A stretch of DNA of 64,000 nucleotides, taken from assembly GCA_963786105.1 (NCBI GenBank), contig CAWAXX010000012.1, forward strand, positions 128,001-192,000, given 5' to 3'. Made by a program: the position numbers and the translations under genes. Below are positions 19,933 through 31,059 of the stretch, piece after piece. The notes below the pieces were generated by a model. The model did not search any database, was not told the origin of the DNA, and was given only the letters and a program-made list of their open reading frames with translations. The stretch comes from Vulcanimicrobiota bacterium. Its GTDB lineage: Bacteria; Vulcanimicrobiota; Vulcanimicrobiia; Vulcanimicrobiales; Vulcanimicrobiaceae. Position 1 is the stretch's first letter. Every line of letters starts with the position of its first letter.

Positions 19933-20634
19933 ATGGAACGCATCGACGACCACGTTCGCTGGATCGTCGCCGCGCCGGTTTACGCGTTAGCGTACGTGGT
20001 GGCGGCCGGCGCGTTTTGGTGGATGGCTCGGCGACGAGGCATGGCGACCGGCGCGATCGCTCGCATCATGGGCGCCGGCTTGATCGGCGGACTCGCGGGC
20101 GCGAACTTGTTTCAGCTTTTCGCGACGGGCCTTCCGGGCAAAACGATCGAAGGCGGCATCGTCGGTGGCTGGCTCGCGGTCGTGTTGGCGAAGCGCGCGC
20201 TGGGAGTGACGCGTCCAACCGGCGACCTGTTCGCACTGGCCATTCCCGCCGGCGAGGCGATCGGCCGGATCGCGTGTTTCATCGGCGGTTGCTGTTACGG
20301 CAAAGTGGCCGGCGTGGTTTGGGCCGTGCACGATCACGGTGCGTTGCGCCATCCCACGCAACTGTATTTGGCGTTAGCCGCAGCAACGTGCTTCGTCGTG
20401 CTGCTCGGCGTCGAGAAGCGCCTGCGATTGCCCGAGAACGGCCTATTCTACCTGGGCGGCATGCTGTTTTGCATCGATCGCTTTGCCGTCGAGTTCTTTC
20501 GCGACGTTGCCGCCACGCCGGCCGGACTCACCCTCGCGCAAATCGGGTGCTGCATTGGTTTTGCGGTGTTTGCTTGGAGGTTCGCAGCGCTCGGGAGCGC
20601 CGATCCGCGGCGCTTGGCCGGCGCGACGCGCTAA
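19933..20634 (+). CDS. Prolipoprotein diacylglyceryl transferase (Lgt)-like membrane protein
   Basis: AIGRIACFIGGCCYG, HPTQLY and RFAVEFFR motifs; start reassigned to ATG 19933. Confidence 0.75.
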   Translation: MERIDDHVRWIVAAPVYALAYVVAAGAFWWMARRRGMATGAIARIMGAGLIGGLAGANLFQLFATGLPGKTIEGGIVGGWLAVVLAKRALGVTRPTGDLFALAIPAGEAIGRIACFIGGCCYGKVAGVVWAVHDHGALRHPTQLYLALAAATCFVVLLGVEKRLRLPENGLFYLGGMLFCIDRFAVEFFRDVAATPAGLTLAQIGCCIGFAVFAWRFAALGSADPRRLAGATR

Positions 20635-20637
20635 CGC

Positions 20638-20958
20638 ATGGAACCGCCCAAACCATCGGCCGGAGCGCTCATCGGCGGCATCGTGCTCGGCTTGGTTGCG
20701 GGAAGCACGCTGCTGACCTTTGGCGTCTTCTTCGTCATAGCCGCGCTCTTCTCGAGCAGTCTTGGGAATCGCATGTGGCCCGTCTTCGCCGTGGGCTACG
20801 TCGTCGCGGTCGCGATTGGCGCGTGGGGTCTCGTTCTCGGCCGCGTGCGCTCGAATTTTTGGACCGGCATGCTGATCGGTTCGGCAATCGGGATGCTCGG
20901 GGGTACCGCGCTGTGCAACGTGTTGATCGCCGGGATGAGCAACGGCGCCATGCGTTAG
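20638..20958 (+). CDS. Small hypothetical membrane protein
   Basis: Three Gly-rich TM segments; 3 bp after the lgt-like gene. Confidence 0.6.
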   Translation: MEPPKPSAGALIGGIVLGLVAGSTLLTFGVFFVIAALFSSSLGNRMWPVFAVGYVVAVAIGAWGLVLGRVRSNFWTGMLIGSAIGMLGGTALCNVLIAGMSNGAMR

Positions 20959-20998
20959 GACCGAACCTCTAAGCAACCTTTACGGATCGAGCGATAGA

Positions 20999-21301
20999 AT
21001 GGTCTTCATGATGCCCGACCGCTCCCTTGGGGAGCCGAATGATGTCGTCATCTGGGGCGCTTCGGGTCTGCTGGCGCTCCTGCTCGGGCTCGGGACGGCC
21101 TTTTTCCTCTGGCTTACGCTTCACCGAAGCGACCAGGCGATCGTCGCCCAAGGCGCCGTCGGCAGCCTGAGCCTCGGCCTCGTGCTGATCGGCCTTGGAG
21201 CCGAGCGACCGATGCCTCGGGTTTTCTTCGTTCTGCTGGCAGCGACGCTGGTGTTGGGCTACGCGCTGGGCGGTCCCGAGTTCGCCCGTATCGCACCTTA
21301 A
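20999..21301 (+). CDS. Small hypothetical membrane protein
   Basis: Three hydrophobic segments; start uncertain. Confidence 0.55.
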   Translation: MVFMMPDRSLGEPNDVVIWGASGLLALLLGLGTAFFLWLTLHRSDQAIVAQGAVGSLSLGLVLIGLGAERPMPRVFFVLLAATLVLGYALGGPEFARIAP

Positions 21302-21363
21302 GGCAGCCGCCGGGCGCCTTTGCGCCCTTCCAAATCGCGCTAACTATTCGAGCCGTCGGGGGC

Positions 21364-21427
21364 CTTGCACTCTCCCCTTTGGTCTGCTAAGATTGCACGG
21401 CTGGCGCTCTCGCACCGAGAGTGCTAA
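21364..21427 (+). promoter_or_regulatory. Two tandem CIRCE (HrcA) operators and a sigma70-type promoter of groESL
   Basis: CTTGCACTC-N9-GTCTGCTAA (21364-21390) and CTGGCGCTC-N9-GAGTGCTAA (21401-21427) versus consensus TTAGCACTC-N9-GAGTGCTAA; TTGCAC-17bp-TAAGAT overlaps the first. Confidence 0.85.
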
Positions 21428-21462
21428 TGCCAATAGAGATAGCTGTTGGAGGTTGTTTTTCC

Positions 21463-21768
21463 GTGAATCTCAAGCCTTTGCACGATAACGTCGTTATCGA
21501 GCACGTCGAGCAAGACGACAAGACGACGGGCGGTATATTCCTGCCCGATACCGCTAAGGAGAAGCCCCAAGAGGGCGTCGTCCGGGCGGCCGGCGACGGC
21601 CGCGTGCTGGAAAACGGCACGAAGCTTGGTATGAGCGTCAAAGTCGGCGATCGCGTTCTGTATCGCAAGTACTCGGGCAGCGAAGTCAAGATCGACGGCA
21701 CCGAGTTCCTCATCATTCCCGAAAAAGATATCCTCGCGGTCGTAGACAAAGTTCCGGCCCGCGTCTAA
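21463..21768 (+). CDS. groES: Co-chaperonin GroES
   Basis: [26 protein letters not shown] and KVGDRVL motifs; GGAGG RBS; GTG start. Confidence 0.97.
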   Translation: MNLKPLHDNVVIEHVEQDDKTTGGIFLPDTAKEKPQEGVVRAAGDGRVLENGTKLGMSVKVGDRVLYRKYSGSEVKIDGTEFLIIPEKDILAVVDKVPARV

Positions 21769-21778
21769 GGAGTTTTGA

Positions 21779-23446
<1,668 letters not shown>

Positions 23447-23472
23447 CTCCCAACGGGGCTGCGGTATGAAAC

Positions 23473-23502
23473 GAGAGGGGCGTGAAAGCGCCCCTCTCTT
23501 CA
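23473..23502 (+). terminator. Hairpin after groEL, probable intrinsic terminator
   Basis: GAGAGGGGCG-tgaaag-CGCCCCTCTC perfect 10-bp stem followed by TTCATT. Confidence 0.7.
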
Positions 23503-23548
23503 TTAATTCCGAGGAAGGGCCGTCGTCGGGTAGGAAAATAGGAGGTTC

Positions 23549-25369
23549 ATGCCTTCGCGCTCGGTCAACGATTTCACCATTCGGGTGGCAACGGTCAACG
23601 GCTCCGGCAGCCAATCCTCAAATCTCGTCATCACCAACGCGATTCTCCGTCTCGGCATTCCGGTCGCGCCGAAGAACGTCTTCCCGTCGAACATCGAAGG
23701 GTTGCCGACGTGGTTCGACATTCGAGTGACCGCGAAGGGCTATCAATGCCGGACCCGCGACGTCGACGTGCTGGTCGCGCTAAACGCGACGACCTGGCAA
23801 TCCGACGTTACCGGCGTAAAGCCGGGCGGCGCGGTGCTACACGAAGCAGCCTTTCCCGTCGGCGGAGAGACCGCGCGCGATGACGTGACGTACTATGCCG
23901 TGCCGTTCGCGCAGCTTGCCAAAGAGCATTTCGCCGACAAAGGCGACCTCCGCAAGTACCTGATGAACATGATCTACGTGGGCGCGCTCGCGCATCTGCT
24001 GGAGATTCCCGAGGATACGCTCGAAGAGGGGCTCAAGGCGCAGTTTCGCAACAAGCCCGCGGCCGTGGATCTGAACATGAGCGCGGTTCGCGTCGGCATG
24101 GAATACGGCCGCGAAAACTTCGAAAAGCGCGACCCCTACCGGCTGGAGAGGATGACCGGCAAAACCGAGGGACTGCTGTTCTTGGAAGGCAATCGCGCTT
24201 CGGCGCTCGGCTGCGTGATGGGCGGCTGCACGGTGGCCGCCTGGTATCCGATCACGCCGTCGTCTTCGCTGTGCGAACATTTCATCGAGTATTGCGAGCG
24301 CTTTCGCGTCGATAAAGAAACCGGCGAGCACAAGTTCGCGATCCTGCAAGCCGAAGACGAACTCGCGGCCGCCGGCATGGTGTTTGGCGCGGGCTGGGCG
24401 GGCGCGCGCGCGATGACCTCGACGTCGGGTCCGGGGATTTCGCTGATGGCCGAATACGCCGGCTTCGGGTATTTCGCCGAGGTGCCGGGCGTAATTTTCG
24501 ACGTTCAACGCGCCGGACCGTCGACCGGACTGCCAACGCGCACGATGCAAGGCGACGTTGCGTTCGCCTATAACCTGTCGCACGGCGACACCAAGCACGT
24601 CGTTCTGTTGCCGGCCACCATCCGCGAAGCCTATGAGTTTGCGATGGAAGCTTTCGATTTTGCCGATCGTTTCCAAACCCCGGTGTTCGTGCTCAGCGAT
24701 CTCGATCTTGGAATGAATTCGTGGCTCGCGCCGCCGCTGCCGTATCCCGAGAAGTCATTCGAGCGGGGCAAAGTGTTAACCGCCGAGGACCTCAACCGCG
24801 TGCCGTCCTGGGGTCGCTATCGCGACGTCGACAAAGACGGGATTCCCTATCGAACCCTTCCCGGCACGAAGCACAGCAACGCCGGCTTCTTCACCCGCGG
24901 AACCGGTCACGACGAAGAAGCGCGCTATTCGGAACTGCCGGACGTCTGGAAACGCAACCTCGACCGGCTGGTCCGCAAACACGAAACGGCGCGCACCGCG
25001 GTACCGGCGCCGATTGTCGAGGGCAAAGGGCATCGCGTTGCCATTCTTGCCTACGGAACGACGCACCACGCCGTGGTCGAGGCCCGCGACCGCCTTCGTG
25101 AAGCCGGCCTCGAAGTCGACTATATGCGTGTCCGCGCCTTACCGCTCTCCCCGGAAATCGCGACCTTCATTCAGCGTCACGACCGGGTGTACGTCGTCGA
25201 GCAAAATCGCGACGGACAACTCTACGGAATACTGCGTACGGAACTCCCGACGCACTTGGTCCAGCGTCTGGAATCCATACGACACTACAACGGCGTGCCG
25301 ATCGACGCTCACGCCATCACTGACCCCTTGCTCGATGCCGAACGCGCACCGGCGGTGGTTGCGGAATGA
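23549..25369 (+). CDS. 2-oxoacid:ferredoxin oxidoreductase alpha subunit (with gamma domain)
   Basis: NGSGSQS, WYPITPSS, QAEDELAA, TSGPGISL and QRAGPSTGLPT motifs; AGGAGG RBS. Confidence 0.93.
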   Translation: MPSRSVNDFTIRVATVNGSGSQSSNLVITNAILRLGIPVAPKNVFPSNIEGLPTWFDIRVTAKGYQCRTRDVDVLVALNATTWQSDVTGVKPGGAVLHEAAFPVGGETARDDVTYYAVPFAQLAKEHFADKGDLRKYLMNMIYVGALAHLLEIPEDTLEEGLKAQFRNKPAAVDLNMSAVRVGMEYGRENFEKRDPYRLERMTGKTEGLLFLEGNRASALGCVMGGCTVAAWYPITPSSSLCEHFIEYCERFRVDKETGEHKFAILQAEDELAAAGMVFGAGWAGARAMTSTSGPGISLMAEYAGFGYFAEVPGVIFDVQRAGPSTGLPTRTMQGDVAFAYNLSHGDTKHVVLLPATIREAYEFAMEAFDFADRFQTPVFVLSDLDLGMNSWLAPPLPYPEKSFERGKVLTAEDLNRVPSWGRYRDVDKDGIPYRTLPGTKHSNAGFFTRGTGHDEEARYSELPDVWKRNLDRLVRKHETARTAVPAPIVEGKGHRVAILAYGTTHHAVVEARDRLREAGLEVDYMRVRALPLSPEIATFIQRHDRVYVVEQNRDGQLYGILRTELPTHLVQRLESIRHYNGVPIDAHAITDPLLDAERAPAVVAE

Positions 25370-25383
25370 GGCTTCTCTAAGTA

Positions 25384-26394
25384 ATGACGGTTAATCTCAT
25401 CGGGCTCACGCGCGAAGTTTACAAAGGACTGCCCACGACGCTCTGCGCCGGCTGCGGCCATAACTCGATCACCAATCACCTGATCAAAGCGCTCTTCGAT
25501 TACGGCGTAGAGCCGCACAAACTCGCGAAGATGAGCGGAATTGGATGCTCGTCGAAGACGCCCGCCTACTTCGTGGAGCAGGCTCACGGTTTCAACAGTC
25601 TGCACGGGCGCATGCCTTCGGCCGCCACTGGAGCGAAGGTTGCAAACCGAGACCTGCTCGTGCTGGGTATCAGCGGCGACGGCGACACCGCGAGCATCGG
25701 AATCGGCCAATATTGCCACATGATTCGGCGAAACGTCGACCTAACGTACATCATCGAAAACAACGGTTGTTACGGGCTGACGAAGGGTCAGTTCTCCGCG
25801 ACCGCCGACGTCGGATCCACGCAGAAGAGCGGCAAAGTGAACGAGTATGCCACCATCGACGTCTGCGGCCTGGCCATCGAGCTTGGCGCGACCTTCGTAG
25901 CTCGCTCGTTTTCGGGCGACGGCAAGCAGCTCGTACCGCTGCTTCAAGCGGCGTTCTCTCACCGCGGAACGGCGATCATCGACATCGTCAGCCCTTGCGT
26001 CACCTTCAACGATCATCAGGGTTCTACCAAGAGCTACGCTTACGTGAAAGATCACGACGTCGTATTGCATACCGCCGATTACATTGCCGGCGGCAAGGAA
26101 ATCAGCGTCGACTACGAGCCCGGCACCGTTCGCGACGTCGAGCTGGAGGACGGGTCGCACATTCTCTTGCGCAAGCTGGACGTCGACTACGATCCGACCG
26201 ACTCGATGCTCGCGCTGCGAACCATCCACGATACCGGCGCCCGGGGCGAATTCGTCACCGGACTATTGTACGTGGATACCAAATCGCAGGATCTCTGCGA
26301 ACGAGAACGGTTGCCGCGCGATCCCCTCGTTCACCTCGAAGAAGAGGCGCTACGGATCGGTCGCGACGACTGGGAAAAGCTCATGCACCCCTGA
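25384..26394 (+). CDS. 2-oxoacid:ferredoxin oxidoreductase beta subunit
   Basis: LCAGCGH, SGIGCSSK, HGR, GDGD TPP-binding motif, NNGCYGLTKGQ and SPCVTFN. Confidence 0.93.
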   Translation: MTVNLIGLTREVYKGLPTTLCAGCGHNSITNHLIKALFDYGVEPHKLAKMSGIGCSSKTPAYFVEQAHGFNSLHGRMPSAATGAKVANRDLLVLGISGDGDTASIGIGQYCHMIRRNVDLTYIIENNGCYGLTKGQFSATADVGSTQKSGKVNEYATIDVCGLAIELGATFVARSFSGDGKQLVPLLQAAFSHRGTAIIDIVSPCVTFNDHQGSTKSYAYVKDHDVVLHTADYIAGGKEISVDYEPGTVRDVELEDGSHILLRKLDVDYDPTDSMLALRTIHDTGARGEFVTGLLYVDTKSQDLCERERLPRDPLVHLEEEALRIGRDDWEKLMHP

Positions 26395-26607
26395 GTGCCG
26401 GCGCGGCAAGGAGACGATCGTGAACCGTTGCATGCGGAATCGAATGGGTGGAGCGCGACCTACGTTGCGGCCTACAACCCGCATTTCAACGGCGGCGTCC
26501 CTTACTCGGGCGAGATGAAGAACGCTTTCCAGTGAGGGGACGATCTCGGGGACGGGCACGCAAAAAGGCCGGATGTACAATTTTCTCGCCAAAGTGAAAT
26601 CGTCGCC

Positions 26608-28089
26608 TTGACGGCCCGCCCGGCGACGGCCGCCAAACGAGACTGGGTCGCGTTCATGCTCTTGAGCGCGACTTTCTTCATGCTGCTCGTCGACTTTTCC
26701 ATCGTTTCGATCGCGTTGCCCTCGATGGAGTCCGAGCTTCACCTCAGTGCCAGCCAGGGTCAGTGGATCGTCAGCACGTACGCGATCTTCCTCGCCGGGT
26801 TCTTGATGCTGACGGGGCGCTGCGCGGACTTGTACGGTCGCTATCGCTTCTTCGTGGCCGGCTTGGTGATCTTTACCGTTGCCTCGCTGCTGGGCGGGTT
26901 TGCGCGTGACGGGACCTTTCTGATCGCCATGCGCGCCGTCCAGGGCCTGGGTGCCGCAGTCGTCAATCCGGCCGCGCTGGCGATCGTGCTGTCGATGTTC
27001 CCGCCGGGTGCGCAGCGCTCGCGAGCGATCGCCATGTGGGGCACGATCGGTAGCGCCGGCATTGCCGCCGGGATGCTGTTCGGCGGCGTTCTCGTCGAAT
27101 ATTTGGGATGGCGATCGGTACTCTTCGTGAACGTGCCGTTTGCGATTGCGATCCTTGCCATGCTGCCGTTTTTCGTCGCGCGCGATCATGGAATGGACGA
27201 TCGGCCGAAGCTCGACATGAGCGGAGCGATTTTTCTAACCGGCGCGCTTGTCACCTTCGTCTACACGATCGAGTCGATACCGTCGCGCGGATTTCTGTCG
27301 GCGCCGACGATTGCCGGCCTGCTGATAACCGTCGTGCTGATCTTGATGTTGGTATTGGTGGAACGGCGCGCGGGAGTGCCGATCCTTTCGCCCCGCCTGC
27401 TCCGTTATCCGGACCTGCTCTCCGGAGCGGCCGTCGTGATGATGCAGCCGATGTCGTATGCCGGCGTGCTGGTGTTTGCGTCGATGTACGCTCAGCGCGT
27501 CTCCGGATACAGTCCGCTCATGGCCGGTCTGGCGTTCTTGCCCTCGTCGTTGATCGTTTCGTTTGTGGCATCGCCGCTAACGATGCCGATCGCTCGCGCG
27601 ATCGGCGTTCGCACCATGGGAATCGTTGCGAACGCCGTGATGATTCTCGGCGAAGCGATCCTCCTGTTCATGCAGCCGAGCTCGTCTTACTGGGCAGCGA
27701 TCTTTCCCGCAACCTGTATCGGAGGTTTTGGCGGCATGCTCGCGTACCAAAGCGGCATGATCGCCGGACTCGCGCACGTCGACGATGCCGACGAAGGCAG
27801 CGCTTCGGCGGCGCTCAGCTTTGCGTTACAGCTGGGCATCGGTTTCGGCGTGGCGTTTGGCGCCGCCGCCGAGGAGTTGCGAGCGAACCTCTTGCTGCAC
27901 GCCGGCGGTGCGCCGAGCGCCGCGCTTGCCGCCGGGCTGCACGCCGCGTTTTGGGTCTGCGTGATCTTTGGCGTGCTAACGCTGGCGGCCGTTTTCGGGT
28001 TGCGGCACGCCGCCACCGCGGAGATCCCGCGGCGCCACTATCTGGCGTTTGGCAAGCTGCATCATCGCGCGGCGGTAACGCACCCGTGA
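26608..28089 (+). CDS. MFS transporter, DHA2 (14-TM) family
   Basis: DFSIVSIALPS, GRCADLYGR, RAVQGLG and GWRSVLFVNVP motifs. Confidence 0.9.
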   Translation: MTARPATAAKRDWVAFMLLSATFFMLLVDFSIVSIALPSMESELHLSASQGQWIVSTYAIFLAGFLMLTGRCADLYGRYRFFVAGLVIFTVASLLGGFARDGTFLIAMRAVQGLGAAVVNPAALAIVLSMFPPGAQRSRAIAMWGTIGSAGIAAGMLFGGVLVEYLGWRSVLFVNVPFAIAILAMLPFFVARDHGMDDRPKLDMSGAIFLTGALVTFVYTIESIPSRGFLSAPTIAGLLITVVLILMLVLVERRAGVPILSPRLLRYPDLLSGAAVVMMQPMSYAGVLVFASMYAQRVSGYSPLMAGLAFLPSSLIVSFVASPLTMPIARAIGVRTMGIVANAVMILGEAILLFMQPSSSYWAAIFPATCIGGFGGMLAYQSGMIAGLAHVDDADEGSASAALSFALQLGIGFGVAFGAAAEELRANLLLHAGGAPSAALAAGLHAAFWVCVIFGVLTLAAVFGLRHAATAEIPRRHYLAFGKLHHRAAVTHP

Positions 28090-29246
28090 GGCCGTTTATG
28101 CCGGCGCTGGCGCTCGGATTGCTTGCGGTGGTTCCTTCGGCGGCGCAGAGTCCCAGCGCGGCGCAACTGCTGGCAGAGGGTGATTTCAACGCTGCAGGAC
28201 CGGCGTATGCGGCCGCGCTGTCGGCCAACCCCAACGACCTCGGCGCTCAACTCGGATTGGGCGCGATTCGTTTGTATGAAAACGATGTAACGGGTGCCGA
28301 GCCGTTGCTGCGTGCCGTCGTCGCAAAAGAGCCGGCAAACTCGCGCGCCATCAGGTTGCTCTCCGAACTGGAACGTCGCAAAGTCGAGCGCGGTCGCCGA
28401 ACGATCGTGGAAGGCGGAACGAGCACCATACCGTTCGTAACGGCGGATCCGCTGCCGGTCGTGCGGTTGAAAGCGAACGGACGGATGGGGACCTTCCTGG
28501 TCGATACGGGTGGAACGCTCGACCTCGAGCCGGCATTCGCGTCAAACCTCGGCTTGGCGCTGCAGGATGCCGGCACTGGAACGTTCGCCGGCGGAAGGCA
28601 AGCCTCGATAAAACGCTCGATGCTGCAATCGGTATCGCTGGGCGCCGCGACGGCGTTCGACGTGCCGGTCCACGTCTTAGAAACGCACGCGTCGACGGCG
28701 TTGGGCGGGCTGCACCTCGACGGCGTCGTCGGAACGACCCTTTTCGAGCGATTTCTGGTAACGATCGACTATCCGATGAAGCGGCTCGTCGTACGGTCGC
28801 GGGATGCTTCCGTGCAATTCATGACGGCGGCGCAGGCCTCCGGTGCGACGATCGTTCGATGCTGGCTCGTCGGCGACCATTTCGTTTTCGCCGATACGCG
28901 GGTGAACGATGGACCAACGGGGTTGTTTCTCTTCGATTCCGGCCTGGCCGGCGGAGGTTTGATGCCTTCGGAGTCGCTCGTCAAGGCTGCAAACATCGAC
29001 CTCGACCGGGCCCACGCGGGGACCGGCATTGGCGGAGGGGGTGAGGTCGCAATGATTCCCTTCGTCGCAAAGGTTGTCGCCGTCGGCTCGGTGGCGCAAC
29101 GCGACGTGCCCGGCGTCTATACGCCGGGAAATTCCTTACCGTTTCCGTTTACCGTTTGGGGAATCGTTTCAAACGATTTTCTGAAGCACTATGCCTACAC
29201 CGTCGATTTCGACGCAATGAAAATCGTGTTGCAGCCGCCGGGCTAG
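28086..29246 (+). CDS. Exported TPR + tandem retropepsin-like aspartyl protease
   Basis: Signal peptide, TPR-like helices, FLVDTGG and FLFDSG catalytic motifs, DGVVG; GTGA overlap with the MFS stop. Confidence 0.8.
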   Translation: MRPFMPALALGLLAVVPSAAQSPSAAQLLAEGDFNAAGPAYAAALSANPNDLGAQLGLGAIRLYENDVTGAEPLLRAVVAKEPANSRAIRLLSELERRKVERGRRTIVEGGTSTIPFVTADPLPVVRLKANGRMGTFLVDTGGTLDLEPAFASNLGLALQDAGTGTFAGGRQASIKRSMLQSVSLGAATAFDVPVHVLETHASTALGGLHLDGVVGTTLFERFLVTIDYPMKRLVVRSRDASVQFMTAAQASGATIVRCWLVGDHFVFADTRVNDGPTGLFLFDSGLAGGGLMPSESLVKAANIDLDRAHAGTGIGGGGEVAMIPFVAKVVAVGSVAQRDVPGVYTPGNSLPFPFTVWGIVSNDFLKHYAYTVDFDAMKIVLQPPG

Positions 29247-31059
29247 CCGCTTTCGCCCGACCTATCTAAGTGCTGCTTCAGAAGGCCGGTCAGCGTCCGC
29301 TCGACGCGCCGTAACGAAGCATTCTCGCCTCGCAGTTCTTCGAGGCTCCTTCGAAGTGCCTGCGCGGTGAGGTGATCGTACGCGAGGGCGGCGGCGCCTG
29401 CGAGAGTTCGAAGAATTTTCTCTCGTCGGGATCCAAATCTTCGCCACCGCGATGTCCGCCGTAGAGCGTGATGGCCTCGAGCCGATTCCCCACGGCAACC
29501 GGCACGGCAAAGAGCGGTTGCCGTTCGCCGCGGGGAAGATCCGCGCGCGGCCAGCGTAACTCCTCGAGGCGAATCGGGCGCAGCTCTGCCCGCAACCGGA
29601 CGACGAGATGATCGTCCGCGTCCAGTTCCGAGGCCTCGCCGGCGTTCCAGTCGGCTGCTCTCGTGCGAACGTAACGTTTCTCGTTTTCACTTTGGACGAA
29701 GACGGCAGCCGAAGCCAGATCGAGGGCGTCGGCAGGCTCCGCAACCAGCAAGTCGGCGACGAGCTCCGTGGACGTGGCGTGCGGTAGCGTCGCCGCCGTC
29801 CGTTCCAACCGGGCTTCGGCGAGGTGCCGCCGCCGAAAGAGAACGACGTCGATGAACCGATCCAGTCGGCTATGCAGAACGTTCAAGGAAAGACCGAGGC
29901 CGACGGCCGCCACGATTTCCAAGACGATCGCCAAGCCTCCCCGCTCGAGAAGTTTTCCGAAGAGATATTCGATGAGGGTAAAAACGCTGACCGCAAAGAT
30001 CGTCAGGATGCTGTAGACGAGCGTACGGCCGACGATGAAGTTCACGTCGATAACGCGGTGGCGAATCACGCCGTACGCAACCGCCACCGCGACCAGCACG
30101 GCCGAGAACGCGAACGCGAAGTACAGGACGAGCGTCCACACCGGATTGCTCGTGAGCACGGCTCCGAACTGCTGCGCGGTGGCGGAAACGATCAGCGCTA
30201 CGAACGTCACCAGCGTCGGCGCCAGCCGGCTGCGAAGGTTTCCGCTGCTGCTCGCATAGGTGGTAGCGATCGCCGCCAGCGCCGCCAAGCTCGGAAGGCC
30301 GGCAGCAACGTAATCCTGCACGAACAAGATCCAATGCGGCGGAGGCGCCGGCGAGAACCAGATGCTCAAATCGACGTAAATGTAAATCGCCGCGACGAAG
30401 ATACCGATCGGCACGGCAAGCCGGTCGATGACGCGATTAGGTCCGCGCGGTACGTCGGTGGGAAAACGGCTCGCGAAGATCAGCATGCCGGCCGTCTGCA
30501 AGGCGTAGAGTAACGCTACGAAAATTTCGTACGTAAGCGCCCATGCCGCCGGAGCATGTTGCGACCAGCGCACCAGCATATCGGGCAGGAGCAGCGGCGG
30601 AGAGACCAGCGCAAACCCCCACGTCATGCGGCTGGGGCGTAATAACACCAGCGCGAGGCTAACCGCGCACAACGCCAAACCGGCGAAGGCGAAAGATAGG
30701 TCGGCCATCCCATAGAGCGAGGGAAGCGCTACCGCCTTCAGCAACACCGAGCGAGGCTTTCCGTGGTGAACGACCTCGAACGGCAACGCCATGCCGGGCA
30801 CGACCCATTCGCTCTCGATCACATTGAGACGGCCGGCAACCGGGAGGTGCTCGTAAACGATCCGGTCCCCCGCTTCGATGCCGGCCTTCGCAGCCGGTAG
30901 ACCGGGTTCGACGGCTGTGATGGTGACGCCGTCGGATGCTACGTTGAAGCCGTACTCGGCTGCCGGCCGATCGTAGGTGATCAACGTGGTGATAAAACAG
31001 ACGGCGGCGTACGCGGCGATGAGTGCGACGAAAACGACTCGGAGGAAACGCGCCGTCAC
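29243..31059 (-). CDS. PDZ + multi-TM + GAF-like sensor protein, apparently frameshifted near 29416-29419
   Basis: VEPGLPAAKAGIEAGDRI PDZ motif; about 8 TM; GAF-like end; adding one A restores ERKILRTLAGAAALAYDHL and a coiled coil ending at 29243 (as given, the ORF stops at 29290). Confidence 0.7.
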
